Assembly: GCA_951804945.1 (NCBI GenBank)
Contig: OX638159.1
Location: 29,698,001 to 29,762,000, forward strand
Reading direction: 5' to 3'
DNA: 64,000 nucleotides
Source: Podarcis cretensis
Lineage: Eukaryota
Part shown: piece after piece, positions 40,723-52,926 of the stretch
How the letters are laid out: every line of letters starts with the position of its first letter
Position numbering within the stretch: position 1 is the first letter of the stretch
The notes under the pieces: model-generated
What the model saw: the letters and a program-made list of their open reading frames with translations, nothing else
Told to the model about the DNA's origin: nothing
The model's database searches: none
Translations under genes and position numbers: made by a program

Positions 40723-42903
40723 CAGTATTAGCTCTGCATTCCTACTGTGTCCAAGGCAGAATTCAAGGTCAATGTTTTTAAGTTAAAGCTAAGTGACTTG
40801 GATCCACTATGCCACCACACAGTGAAAGCTGCTTCTATTAGGTTGTATGAAGCACTGCCCAACCAGCCTCAATCTGTCTTCCTGTTGACCTGTCTTCTTA
40901 TTTACAATCAATCTAGGGGATAGCACGGCCTATCAGTTTCCTCCTCCTTGGTCTCAGTGTTGCAAGAGGAGCCAACACTCAGCAGAGAGAAGGATGAGGA
41001 CTAGAGTAGAAGTTGTTTGCTCTGTTTGTTTGCTCTGGCTCTGATTCCACATACTGTTTGATCTCTCTCTCCCCCCCCTGCACTGCCAGTCTGAATGAGC
41101 ACCAGCCACCACAATATGTTCTGTCAACTAAGCAGAAGCAGATTTAGGGCAATGCAACAGGTTTTACTGCACTGGGCGCTGAGTCTAGGGGGTGCCGCAG
41201 GGTGTCCCAACTATGAAAGTTGAACAAAATGGAAGGCAAGGGGCAGGGGCTGCCAAGTGTTGGCCTCACACAGGGAGCCACTGAAATTTTAAAGGCCAAA
41301 CACCATCCCTGAAGTAAGGCTGCAATCTAGGCCCCATTAAACTCAATGGGACTTACCTCTAAGTAGACCTGAGATAGAATTAACTAAGAGTGTCTCAGAC
41401 TAGACCTATTGAAATTAATGGACCATAGCTTCTGTTTACAAATTTCATTGGGTCTACTCTGAGTAACACTTAGTTGAATACCACTCAAAAAAACCCCCAG
41501 GATTTGCACTGTAAGAGCTCCATCTTACTGACAGTCTCTGTGCCCAGTTAGGACATCACATGCACACAGACAGAAGGCTTGTGCAATACATTTGCTATTT
41601 AGATCTACCAAAGCTTAGGCATTTTTTGCTTGTCTGGCTTTTGGTGATATGCTGGCTGGGATCAGGTTTTAATCTGATTTTTAAAGTGTTTGTTTGATGT
41701 GTAAGGAAAATATTTTTTCAAAAATGATTATTTCTGCCACAGTGCAATATTGCTGCTTAGAGTGCACTGAAGGGTAAAAAGGTGGAGGAGGTTACTAATA
41801 AGAGCAAGAATGAGGTGGTAGCAGCTTTATGCTACATTTAACATTAAGCTTTGTCAGAAAGTGGCATTATTTTCCATTGTGTTATACATGAGAGCTTAAT
41901 CATTAGTGGGAAATGTTTGGCTCAGACTGAGTTATGAGCTCACGGAGGTATGCTACTAGGAAGTATGTGCCACTGAACTTAATGGGACTTACATCAGAGT
42001 AAATATGTATAGAATTGTGCTGTCAGAGCTCACTTTCTCTCCCCCCTGCCGTCCCTCTCTCAAATATAAATATAGATGGCTTTATGAGCTATAATAAATG
42101 AGAGGAAACTTTGGGAATTTAGGAACAGGATAGAAATTTGAACTAAGGGACTAGCCGTGAAGCTGATTTTGAATCCTAGGAATGGTTCTGCTCCAGATCA
42201 CGTGAAATGATAGGTTAAAAAAAGAGAACGTCCTTGGACAGAATATGGAGTGCACTTTGCTCACGAGAAAGCTGCTGTAAACAGCCCCCTACACACACAT
42301 TTGGGAGAAACTTCCAGATGGGTGTGAATTGATGTGAGTTCTGAGCCCTATCAGGTGAGGTCTTTTTTCTTTCTTTTTCTTATATAAGGAAAGAAAGAAA
42401 AGAAAAGAAGACCTGACCACGAAGCGCTTTGGTTCACAAGCTGGATATGTGATAAGAGCTCTAACTGACAGAGGAAGTTAAGAGACAGGTTTTGCTTCTA
42501 TTTGCTATTCCAGTAGTGAATTATTCACTGTCTTTTGACCCTTGCAGTTTCCTTCTCTGTGTGACCTCCCCTCCTTTCCCAAGCAGTGTCTGCTAGAAGA
42601 GATCTGCCTCCTGGATGTTTTGACAGATACTGGATCAGATACTGAAGGGGCCTTTTCTATGCTTAGCATAGCGTGAAGTCCATCACACTCCCCTCCTCAC
42701 ACTGGGATATATTTTCCCCTACTTTGCCCTCCCTAGGGAAGTGGACATTCACACCAGCTTTGCACCCAAACCAGCCAAGCCTCTTGAGACAAAGTGTTTG
42801 TTTGAACACTAATGGATTTTAGTTTGCTTCAGACTTTCAATCTCAAGAGAAGTTATAGCGCAGTGCATTGTTTTGACGTAGACCATGGAAACAGCATTGT
42901 TTG

Positions 42904-42905
<2 letters not shown>

Positions 42906-42949
<44 letters not shown>
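42906..42949. repeat. (AT)n microsatellite
   Basis: Seen directly. Confidence 0.97.
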
Positions 42950-42951
<2 letters not shown>

Positions 42952-43276
42952 CAGGACGCAGGGGAAAGGCCTTTCAAGTTCTGTCTGAAAAATAATAGGC
43001 ATACTTACAAGGACTGAACTGATACTAGGTGAGGCTTTTGAGCAGACAGACAAAGGTCAAGGAGGAGTGTAGCTAACACATCACTACAGGGAGGGCGAAG
43101 TGGATTATGGTTCCTTATTACATTACCACTACAGCTGGCTGTTGTCAAACAAAAGCTTCTGACCACAATCAATTATTTACCTAATCTGGAGAAGCCCCAT
43201 TGACTTTGGTAGGAAAGTGTGAGTTTTGAGTGCCTGCCTTTCTCTGTCAGAACTTTCCAGTAATACCAGAAGTCTC

Positions 43277-43337
43277 GAGAAGAGAAGAGAAGAGAAGAGA
43301 AGAGAAGAGAAGAGAAGAGAAGAGAAGAGAAGAGAAG
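43277..43337. repeat. (AGAGA)n pentanucleotide repeat
   Basis: Seen directly. Confidence 0.97.
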
Positions 43338-44929
43338 GGCCTTGGAGCCACCATCGTTGTATAGGTGAAGGAGCATGTTTCAGGGACAATTTGCTTCATT
43401 CTTGCAGTACTTTGTCACCAAGTGGAGACACTTACGCCATTCCCCCTTGGATGCAGCCATTAAAGGTCTGGGGCCTCAGCTGCTACTACATTTGAGCATT
43501 ACCTCCCTTTATTGCAAATATAGCAAATTATTAAGTAGCATTAATGCAGTTATTTTCCCTCTTTTATTTATTTTACAAGATTCATATTCCAACTTAATTA
43601 ACAAGAACCTCTAAGTGGTTCACATTAAAAAAATCCATAAAAATATCCATAAACTCAAATGTTAAAAACATATTGAAATTAAAATTCATCAAAATATAAT
43701 AAAGTCATTAGTTTTCAAACAAACACACACTAAAATTACATGTTGAAATTATGTGTCTGGGTAGGCTTGCTAAAACAAAAATGTTTTTAGCAGGCACAGG
43801 AAACAGTGAAGGTGGCTGCCTAATTTTAGTGGGCAGGTGTTACACAGGCAAAAATAATCAGGTCCCTGCCTCCCAGGAGCTTACATTAACAAATAAGCAA
43901 TGGAGGAAACAACAGAGGGAGGGAAGCAAGAGACAAAATTAGGAAGAATGTGGGCAAATGGTATAAAACTTGGTTAAGATGCAAATAAATCCTAGGTGAA
44001 CTAACTTGGGAAGAAAGCCTTATAGCACATCCTTACTTCTGAGTTAACATGCACAGTATCAGACTGCAAAACACAAACAATGACATTTGACAGGATTACA
44101 GGCAGCCTAGTGATTGCAGCTAGGGAATCTGAAGAGATGTGGTAAATGGAACAATTCTCCCATGCATTCTCATAATGTATCTGGCCACATGCCTCTCTCT
44201 TTTTCATGTTTAATAGTTTGAAACTGTATGCATACTAGAGGCAAAGCCATTCTGTATGTAAAAAAGACAGAGTCTTTTTTGACACAGAGTCAAACAAAGG
44301 GGCAGATTCCACCACAGAATCACTATGGTTGGCAATATGACCCCACAAAAATCAGCTTCTTGGAGATGTAAGATTGCCTGCCTGAACAAAATACTCAAGG
44401 TGATCTTGAGATGGAGGATCAGTTCAGGAAGATATCCAAAGAAGAAAGTGTTGCATTAACAAGTGACTGACTATACATACATTAGGTAAATGCATGTTCT
44501 AGTTCACAACAAAGAGGTAATCACCCAGAGCACTTGGTGTCAGTCATGGAGCCAACTAGAGAGGTGGTGACTTTTAAGTGGCATCCAGGACCTGGTGTGA
44601 GGCATGTTATTGAACGAACTGGAAATAATGGTCAAATTCAGTTAATATGTAAGTGGAGAAATGCCAAGAAAGTCCAACATAGCTTGGACATCAAAAGAGG
44701 AAATTTCTGAAAAAGGAGGAGGTGACTGGTGGAAAAGTTGAACAAGGAAGCCAAATCATTCAAATTTCTTCAGAACACTTGAGAGAAACATTCAAAACTG
44801 CAGTAAATGGATGCTCAGTTAAAACATATACTGCTGATCAGGAAATGTACCATCAAGTCCAACAGAACACCAGTGTGGTTAATGAGCAGAAGCTCACTAG
44901 AGACCCTGCAGTGCCCCCTAGGCTTGGCG

Positions 44930-46250
44930 CACATTGCAGCAGATTCACAGCCCGATTTACAGATGACAACAAATTATTCGAGGTTGTAAAAGCAAAAAGC
45001 ATTTGTGAAGATCTCCCAAAGGAGATTGCCAAACTGGGTGAGTGGGTGATAGAATGGCAAGTGTGATTAAATTTATGTATAAAGTGATACACATTAGGCT
45101 AATAATGAATAATGATTATAATAAGACTGATAACTCTTAACTTCACATATACATGGATGAGGGCTGAGCTGGCAGTGATTGACCAGGAAAGGGATCTTGA
45201 GGTCATGGTGAAGTATGCAGCAGCAGCTGTGAAAAAGGCAAATTCCATGTTGGTGATCATTAGGAAAGCGATCAAAAATAAAAGTACCAGTATGCATTTA
45301 TTATACAAAGTTATGGTGTGACCCATGCATGGAATACTGCATAGAGTTCTGGATGCTGTGCCTCAAAAATGGCATGGGAAAAGGAACAGCAAAGAAGCAA
45401 AGTTATCAGTGCAGAGTGACTTCTCTATGAGGCAAGGGCTTTATTGTATAGGAAAAAGACAACTAATATGGGCAGGGAGAATGGAAAGTAGACAGAGATG
45501 TTTTTCTTCTTTTTCACAAATATGAGAACCCGGGGCCATGCAATTAAGCTGAATGGTGGGACATACAGAACTTTACCCTCACACAGGGCGTAATTAAAGT
45601 ATGGAGCTTGCTATCCCAAAATATGAAAGCAACCACTAATTTAGGTAAAGGGTAAAGGGACCCCTGACCATTAGGTCCAGTTGTGGCCGACTCTGGGGTT
45701 GCGGCACTCATCTCACTTTATTGGCTGAGGGAGCCGGCGTACAGCTTCTGGGTCATGTGGCCAGCATGACTAAGCCGCTTCTGGCGAACCAGAGCAGTGC
45801 ACGGAAACGCCGTTTACTGCCGGAGCGGTACCTATTTATCTACTTGCACTTTGACATGCTTTCGAACTGCTACGTTGGCAGGAGCAGGGACCGAGCAATG
45901 GGAGCTCACCCCATCACAGGGATTCAAACCGCCGACCTTCTGATCAGCAAGTCCTAGGCTCTGTGGTTTAACCCACATCGCCACCCGTGTCCCCAACCAC
46001 TAATTTAGGTAGCTGTAAAGGGGGATTGAACAAATCCATTGATTTCAAGCTTCTCAGTGGCTCCTATTCATGATGTTATCTCCAAGATTAGAGGCAGTAT
46101 ACTCCTGAGTTACCAGTTCCCAGGGAACAACACTGGGAAAGGGCTATTACTCGCATGTCTTGCTTCCCACAGACCTTCAGTTGACCATTGTGAAAACAAG
46201 ATGCTGGACTTGGCAAGTCCCTGGTGTGATCCAGTAGGGTTCTTGTAATG
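44930..46250 (+). mobile_element. Degraded 5'-truncated CR1 LINE (RT C-terminus and 3' UTR), interrupted by the SINE
   Basis: ORF fragment RFTDDNKLFEVVK...EDLPKEIAKLGEWVIEWQV resembles the CR1 RT motif KFADDTKL...LQ.DL.KL.EW...WQM. Also QERDLEV and AAVKKANSML.II. The CR1-type 3' end (gatgctggact...tgatccag) is at ~46200-46240. Confidence 0.85.
45648..45993 (-). mobile_element. Sauria SINE (short subfamily) with a perfect 18-bp target-site duplication
   Basis: Same head and ACCTTT-type tail. TSD CAACCACTAATTTAGGTA at 45630-45647 and 45994-46011. Confidence 0.92.
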
Positions 46251-48242
46251 TAGATAATATAATTTCAGGATTTGTCACTTCTCCCTGAACAGAAATGTGG
46301 ATTTCACTGGAAGATATGTCTAGTTTTGGATTACAGATGAAACTTGTGGCTTCTGGAGCTAGACACTGGGTCCTGTGAAGAAAGCTAGTGTTGTATAAAA
46401 AGAAAGGCACCTTTGCTTGGCTTATGCTTTCCTGGAAAATAACATTCAGCTCTGTGAACCATTTCTGGCTAATTCTTCTTGGAAGTGCAACTCAGCTTGT
46501 ACTGCAGACTAAGTGGGTTTGCGCAGGAGAAAGTAAAGAGAGAGAGGAACCTCTAAACCTCCCAGACTATCCTTTAACCTGTGATGAGCTTTCCTCTGGT
46601 GCTAGACTGATGCTCTCAGGGCTCTTTTCTTAATTCTCTCTCTTCTCCTTCTTCCTCTTCACCTTTGAGGAGGAGACATATTTGTATATTACTCTTGCTG
46701 AGATCGAAGAGCTGGCATGAGTCTTTGTATCTCCACCATAGTTAGACAGATCAAAGAACTTTCCTATCAAGTATGCTTTTCCTTTGCTTTCCTAAACTCA
46801 GTCACAGTTTATAACCAAGGGTAAAGAAGAAATTCAAGCACTTAGCTTGGCTTCCAAGCTGTGCGTTAAATCTGCACACATATTCCAAGAATTCTAGAGG
46901 GGCGATGGCCACTGCTGCTCAAGTGGTGAGAGAGATCAGACATCATCTTCATCATCAGGACCTGAAGGCTCCTTGGCCGAGCCCTACCATTGAAAACAGG
47001 TTCCTCAGCACAAATTCAGTCCTCGCAGGGGATGTGGGTTGAACCCTCAAATTAAACTATCACCTGGGGGTGGGGAATGACATGTATCCTGTTGCGAAGT
47101 CAGTGTTAAAATATGAAAGGTTCTGATCTATGCATGCATAGTGTTGGACACCCAACACTAACTTCAGTGGATTTCAGGTCTGGGGAAGTACTAAAGAACT
47201 CAGCAGCTGACTGTTGCAAATCTGAGACCCTACCTGCCTTCTCCAGAACCAGCAGAATTGGACCCTTACTAGAAAAAGCCCTCAGCCTACTGTGTTTTTG
47301 TTCTGCTCCATGAAGGACCCAATCCTGCCTATTAGGCGATACAGCAGGGATCACTTTGTCAATCCTGTTAGCATGAGGCCCCGCCTGTAGGGATTGTTTT
47401 CCCACTCTTGCAGATCAGTTCTCCTATCCCCCTCAGCAACGCATCAATCCCTCTTTGCTTGTTATGCGAGGAGTGTGAAATAACAAGCCACGGAGGGCTT
47501 AGAGAGGCACTTTCAGAGGGGGTGGGCCCTGGTTTCCCCACAGCTCGGAGCAACGTCTGGTTCCTACAAGGGGTCGCTTTCAAATTCACCAGCAAAGCGC
47601 TAAGAAGAAGAAAAGGTGGGTCTGTAAAATGGAAGAAGCAGGCGTCCCAGCGGCACCTTGAAGGCTAATGTGTTTATCTGCAGCCTCGGATGTCGCCTGC
47701 ATTTTGGAAGGAGCCGCAGGACTCTGGGATGCTTCTGCCCCAGTCCCTCCGCAGCTCCAGAGGCGGAGCTGGCCGCTTGAAAGGGGGCTAGCTGTAAGGG
47801 GGTCGCTTTGGTGACTAGGCCGCTTGTTTGTGCTCTTGCGAAGCGGGAGGGCTGCAAAAGAAGCTCCATCGGTTCAGGCGGGCGAGTGGGCGGGTAGTCC
47901 CGACGTGGCCTCCTACTGCAAGAGCTACCCACTTTGAATCCTGCCGCTCCGATTGTGGGTTCAGAACAGCAGCAGATGCTCCTCTCTCTTTCAGCCCCTT
48001 GAACGCTTAAGGCAGGCCTTAGCCGACTCCTCCAGCCTCTGTGACAGCAAAACTCTTCGGCTGCTTTTAATCCCTGCTGCCCCATGAAAGCTGGGTGGAT
48101 TCTGGCCTCTTGCTCGCTGTTGATGGTGGAGACAGCACGCAAAGAAAGGCCCCGATTCTGAGTCAGCCCAGTGGAGTTTTTATGGGGCTCTCTCCAGTAC
48201 ATATCTGGAGAAGGATTGGACGCAAGGTAAAGATTGCTTACA

Positions 48243-48408
48243 GAGCAATACTATGCACGTATATTCCGAAGAAAGTCCCATTGAGTTAGGTGGGAACTTA
48301 CTGCCCAGCCAGTCGATATAGGACTGCAGTCAAAAGCTTACCCGGGAGTGATGCCCGATTGAGTTCAACGGGGCTTTCCTTCTGAGTAGACGCGCAGAGG
48401 ATCCTGCT
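48243..48408. repeat. Two adjacent copies of the ~90-bp palindromic repeat
   Basis: 48243-48329 and 48337-48408 both match the family. Confidence 0.65.
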
Positions 48409-49343
48409 TGTTAATACGGATTAGTGATCTTTTAGCCATCCTGAGCGCTCTCCGATAGCTGGCTGTGACTGAAAGGCGATAGCCCCCCCCCCCCCTTTTG
48501 GTGCACACTTATTTGTGGAGCTGGGATTCTAATCTAAAACCAGCGGCAGTGAGTGCAGATGGTGGCGGGGCAGTTAACTCCGGATTGATTAATGTGATGC
48601 AGAGCAGAAGAGTGTGATCTTGTGGATGTGGCGTTGAAACAGCAACTGCTCCAGGCCTCAGGTGGCGAAGAGCCTGTTCAGATGCTGAGGATGCAGACCG
48701 GGTGGGTTGGGTTGGGAACACTTGGGAAATATAGTCATTCGCCCATTGGTTTCTCAGCAGTCGGGGAAGGGGTAAAAAAAAAAAAAATCTTTATAGGGTG
48801 AAACAGGCAATCAAGTGAAATCTATCCTCTTTAAATAAACGGATTCCTCTGTATTTTCCCAGTGTTGGTGAAAGTTGTTGTCTCTGACATTCCCCTGGGC
48901 TTTTCCCTCTGCACTCTGATTTGGTGTATAAAAGCAGTCCTGAATGATGGATTACTGTGTCATTGCAGCCTGCGAAGGATTAATTTGTTTCATTGATTTC
49001 TCTTTAGGCAGATTGCCAGAATCCGCCGCTTCCCACCTTTCCCCGAGACTTCCAGCAGTAATAGACAGTAATAGCCTAAGACAAATCAGCCAGTTTTGTG
49101 TAAAAATAGAAAACGCAGAACCCCTTTACGCTGAGCTCTCTCCGGGAGAAGTTGGTCGCCTGCGCTTCTGTGCTCAGAAAGTAAACGGGTCTGTGAATAT
49201 CTTAAAAGAAGATCTTTAACAACAAGGGGGGCGGGAAGGGAATATTGAATTGGAATGACTGACAGTTGTGTGCTCCGGCTCCACCCCGGAGTCTCCTGCT
49301 AGTGTTGGTCTCATTGCCAATGTTGGCAGTATACCCCCAGTCG

Positions 49344-49412
49344 GATCATAGAATTGCAGAGTGGAAAGGTACCATAAGGGTCATCTAGTCCAACCCCTTG
49401 CGATGCGGGAAT
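49344..49412 (-). mobile_element. Short CR1 3'-terminal fragment
   Basis: atcatagaattgcagagtggaaaggtacc..agggtcatctagtccaacccc is the typical reverse complement of a CR1 tail. Confidence 0.7.
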
Positions 49413-50046
49413 AAAGTCGAGTAACTCGGAGCATGTGCATTTTTCTTTCGTAGCACTTGGGGCTTGCAGGTCAGCTTCTGTGTGGGAAAGACCCCCTTTA
49501 AGAAATACGGGTGTGAAACGCAACCATTTCCATCCATGAGATTAGCCACTGATGTCAATGAGTGGCGTCTGCTTTGGAGGCAACAGTTCTTCAGAAGGGC
49601 GAGTAGCAACAGCGCCGACGCAGCCGCCCCAGCCCTTACTGGCCCATAATGAGAAGCCATTGGAAAACCATTAAAGGGCATTTCGTGGCTGCTCAACCCC
49701 GGTTCAGTCCAATAGAAGAAAACAAGGCAAAGCAAGAGTTCATTCTTTTTATATTAGGCGTCGGCCTATAGCTAATCTGTTATCGATCTGTCTCTCCGTA
49801 TGTCCGTCTGCAATATTGCCAAGACACGTCAGGCTTCAGAGTCCCCTCCCGAGTGCAATGTAGGGAGGAAACCGTCTGATCAATTTGTCTGGAAGCGTTA
49901 AGAGGGTCATTTGATTGGAAAAACGAAAGACACTCGAGCTAGACGGGCAGATGGGGAATCATGCGACGTTCAGACATAGAGAAAAGTCACGCCCATTGTT
50001 ACATAAGGAGATCGCCGGAGTATGTGCGCTTGCAGACTTGAGTCAA

Positions 50047-50135
50047 GTTGCGATCCTATGCGTGCGCTTACATAGGAGTAAGCCCCATCGAACTCACTGG
50101 GGCTTACTTCTAAGTAGACCAGCACAGGATTGCAC
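50047..50135. repeat. ~90-bp palindromic interspersed repeat (best-preserved copy)
   Basis: Terminal tgcgatcct / aggattgca inverted repeat and a perfect internal 10-bp inverted repeat GTAAGCCCCA / TGGGGCTTAC. About 20 related copies lie in 24-61 kb. Confidence 0.8.
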
Positions 50136-50579
50136 CTCATAAGACTAAATACTTCAGCTTAAGTGAGCTATTAATATGATTAATAATTTTACTCTTGAAT
50201 GGAGTGAGCCCGGGTTCCAAATTCGCATCTGCACCTTTGATCTATTCGGAAACAATGTACTTTCCCCCCCTTTCCAAAAAAAGAGCAGTTGCTGAGCAAA
50301 TAATACTCAACTACAACAACCAATTTACAGCGTTCGGGAGAGGCAGAAGTGATTTGTTTCCGGAGCTGGAAACTGTTCTGATTTAGTGATATCAACTTTT
50401 ATTTACGGGTAATGAGTAAACTGTCAATCAGTTAAAGGCTTATTTTTTAAAAAGGTTGATGAGCTGTCTGGCTTTTAACTTATACGTCGATGAATTGACC
50501 GGCTGCCTAGATTTGGAAGTCGGTTAAGAGAGGCAACCGAGGAGGTTAGATTTATGATTGAGAAAGAACCACATATTGC

Positions 50580-50716
50580 CAGGATGGAGAAGCTGCCCCA
50601 CCCAAGATGTTGCTGGACTATAGCTGGTATCATCCCTAACCATTGGTCATGCTGGCTAGGGCTGATGGGGATTGGAGCCTATCATCATCTGGAGGGCCAC
50701 AGGTTCCCCATTCCTG
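50580..50716. mobile_element. hAT-like MITE of the same family
   Basis: CAGG...CCTG ends; ccaagatgttgctggacta...catctggagggccacaggttcccca. Confidence 0.7.
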
Positions 50717-51430
50717 AAACATTTGGCTGTTGCCAGTAGACCTATCGGCTCTGAGCAATTTTCTTGCTTTTCTAATCTAAATCAAACTCGGGAAACCAGA
50801 TTTCCCCGATGCCGACGTAGTTAAAAAAAAAAGAAGCTATGGTTAAAACCAGTTAAAACCATGGTTAAAGCCAGTGCCCAGCCCAGGCCTACAAGTTCCT
50901 GAAGTTCAGTCTCGGCGTGACTTCGACGTGGATTGTGAGTCAGCTTGTTAAGTTTACCAGCCGGGGGAAGAAACCAGCATCCCTTGAAGTCGCGTCGGAG
51001 GAGAAGCCTTTAGATCTCTCTGGGATATGCATCTGAATGTGAGCTGGCCAATCGCTGCTTTCCTCTGGCGGAACTCTGATCCTACCCCAGGAGCGTCTTC
51101 CAGATTCTCATGGGACGCCGGAGCAGCCCAGAGCCATCGTGGGAGGTATATGCTCAGTTCCAAAGAAACGTTAGTTTTGTTAAGTCGGCTGAAAGAAAGC
51201 CCTTTGACAAGATCCAGTCGCCTTGAAGAAGATCCTGATAACGCTTCTGTGAAAACCATCCCTTGATGTCCAACTCTGAGAGCGCTGTCTTTAATTAATT
51301 ACTTGATCATTGAAAATGTGCTCAGTGCGGCAGAATTTATTATTGTGGCTCTTGCAACAATTCTGGTATTATTTCCATTTTATACACAGGAAAAACACAG
51401 ACAGTCTTATGGCAGAGGTGGGACTTGAAA

Positions 51431-51560
51431 CAGGGAGGGGAGCCTATGGCCCCTTTCAGTGTTACTAGACAACTCCCATGGTAGCATGTTGACCATGCTT
51501 CCTGGAGCTGATGGAAGTTGTGGTCCAGAAACATCTGGTTGGAGCCACCAGCTTCCCTAT
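51431..51560. mobile_element. Degraded MITE of the same family
   Basis: caactcccat...gctgatggaagttgtggtccagaaacatctgg. Confidence 0.55.
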
Positions 51561-52882
51561 CTAGGGAGCAAGCTTAATTCCCTATCTAGGGAGTAAGTTG
51601 GACATACTTCTGAGTAAACATGCTTAGGATCACTCTGGAACTGTGCAATCCTATGCACATTTACTTGGGAGTAAGTCAGTGTGTTCAGTGAGCCTTAGTT
51701 CATAGTAAGTGTGTTTTGGATTGCAACCTGAGTCTTCCAGATCTAAAGGAAGATGGACCAAAATAGCAAGCGATTGAGTTCTGCAAAACTCTTCATCAGG
51801 CTGGCTGCTGAGCAAAAGTGTGTGTGGTAGGGATGAACAGAAAGCTGGTATAAAGATAAAGCCATAAAGTCTGCAGCTGAAACAGTCTAAGATGGAGTCC
51901 TGGAGGGATTTTTTCATAGTGAATTTGATTAGCATATGCTAGGTGCTAATAGATTTTAGGTGCGATTCTGGGACAATGAAACACTTATATGTCTCAACAG
52001 GGCTCCCTATGATTTTTGTATGTTCCAGATCTGGAATTGCCACCATTTTGTCCCTTGGCAATGACCATATGCTCTTAACAGCAGCACCACAGGCAGAAAT
52101 TCAACAGATGTAGAATGGGAGATATGCTGGTGGAAAAGCCATATCTGTTTAACTTCTGCCTATTCAGCTATTTGTGCACCTAGCTAATTATCTTTCAACT
52201 GAAGCACATTAGTTAGCCATACGATGTAGCCCTTCACCCTGTTCTGAATATCTGCAGGTTCTCTTGCATAAGTCCTATTGAAAGGCCTGGGGTTAGGGAA
52301 CTGTGCAAAATTTAATACACAGTGGAAATTGCTTCTTCTGAGTAAACATGCATTGGATCAGGCTACACATATAAAGTACATTTGTTGAATATGTGGCTTG
52401 AGAAATCCTGTTATGAAACTGTTTTGTAAGATTTGCCACAACATGCTTAGCTGTCCAGTTATCTATGCTACAGAAAATACAGAAGTGGGACAAAGGAGTG
52501 CCAGTGAACTCCACAACTAGCTCAGTGGGAGAAAGTGCTTTGTGGACTGAGGTAAATGACTGCAATTCTGTACATTTTTATCTGGAGGTAAGCCCTATTG
52601 AATTCTATAGGGTTTACTTCTGAGTAAATATACACGGTAAATCATGTATTTCATAGATCTGTTTCCATGCACAAATTCAGAAAGATACACATTGACAGTT
52701 GACGCATGTCATCTTTGTCACGGTAAACAAAACTGTGTGTACAGGAACAAAAATACCACTCTTTGAACATGCATGAAACATATTATTGTGATATTAATTG
52801 CATTGACACAACCTTCCAGAACCAAATTCAACACTGTGCAAGGCCATTAGCACACAAAAGATGAGCAAAACAAACCAAACCA

Positions 52883-52887
<5 letters not shown>

Positions 52888-52921
<34 letters not shown>

Positions 52922-52926
52922 AGAGA
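52888..52926. repeat. (CA)n(GA)n microsatellite
   Basis: Seen directly. Confidence 0.95.

Larger units (their letters stand above)
47330..51330. promoter_or_regulatory. Orphan distal CpG-rich island with candidate enhancer cluster
   Basis: CpG density rises abruptly between CpG-poor flanks. No credible ORF. Contains PBX/MEIS decamers, many TAAT cores and TATAAAAG at 48927. Confidence 0.6.

Noticed and set aside
44722-45321. Reverse-transcriptase-like ORFs as a functional gene
   Set aside because: Fragmented, with stops, frameshifts and deletions; a dead CR1.
47568-47809. Repeated 11-mer GGGGTCGCTTT (47570-47580 and 47799-47809)
   Set aside because: Only two copies and no known motif; compatible with chance.
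51553-51593. 16-bp duplication TTCCCTATCTAGGGAG
   Set aside because: Local duplication at a junction of two repeat remnants; no functional indication.
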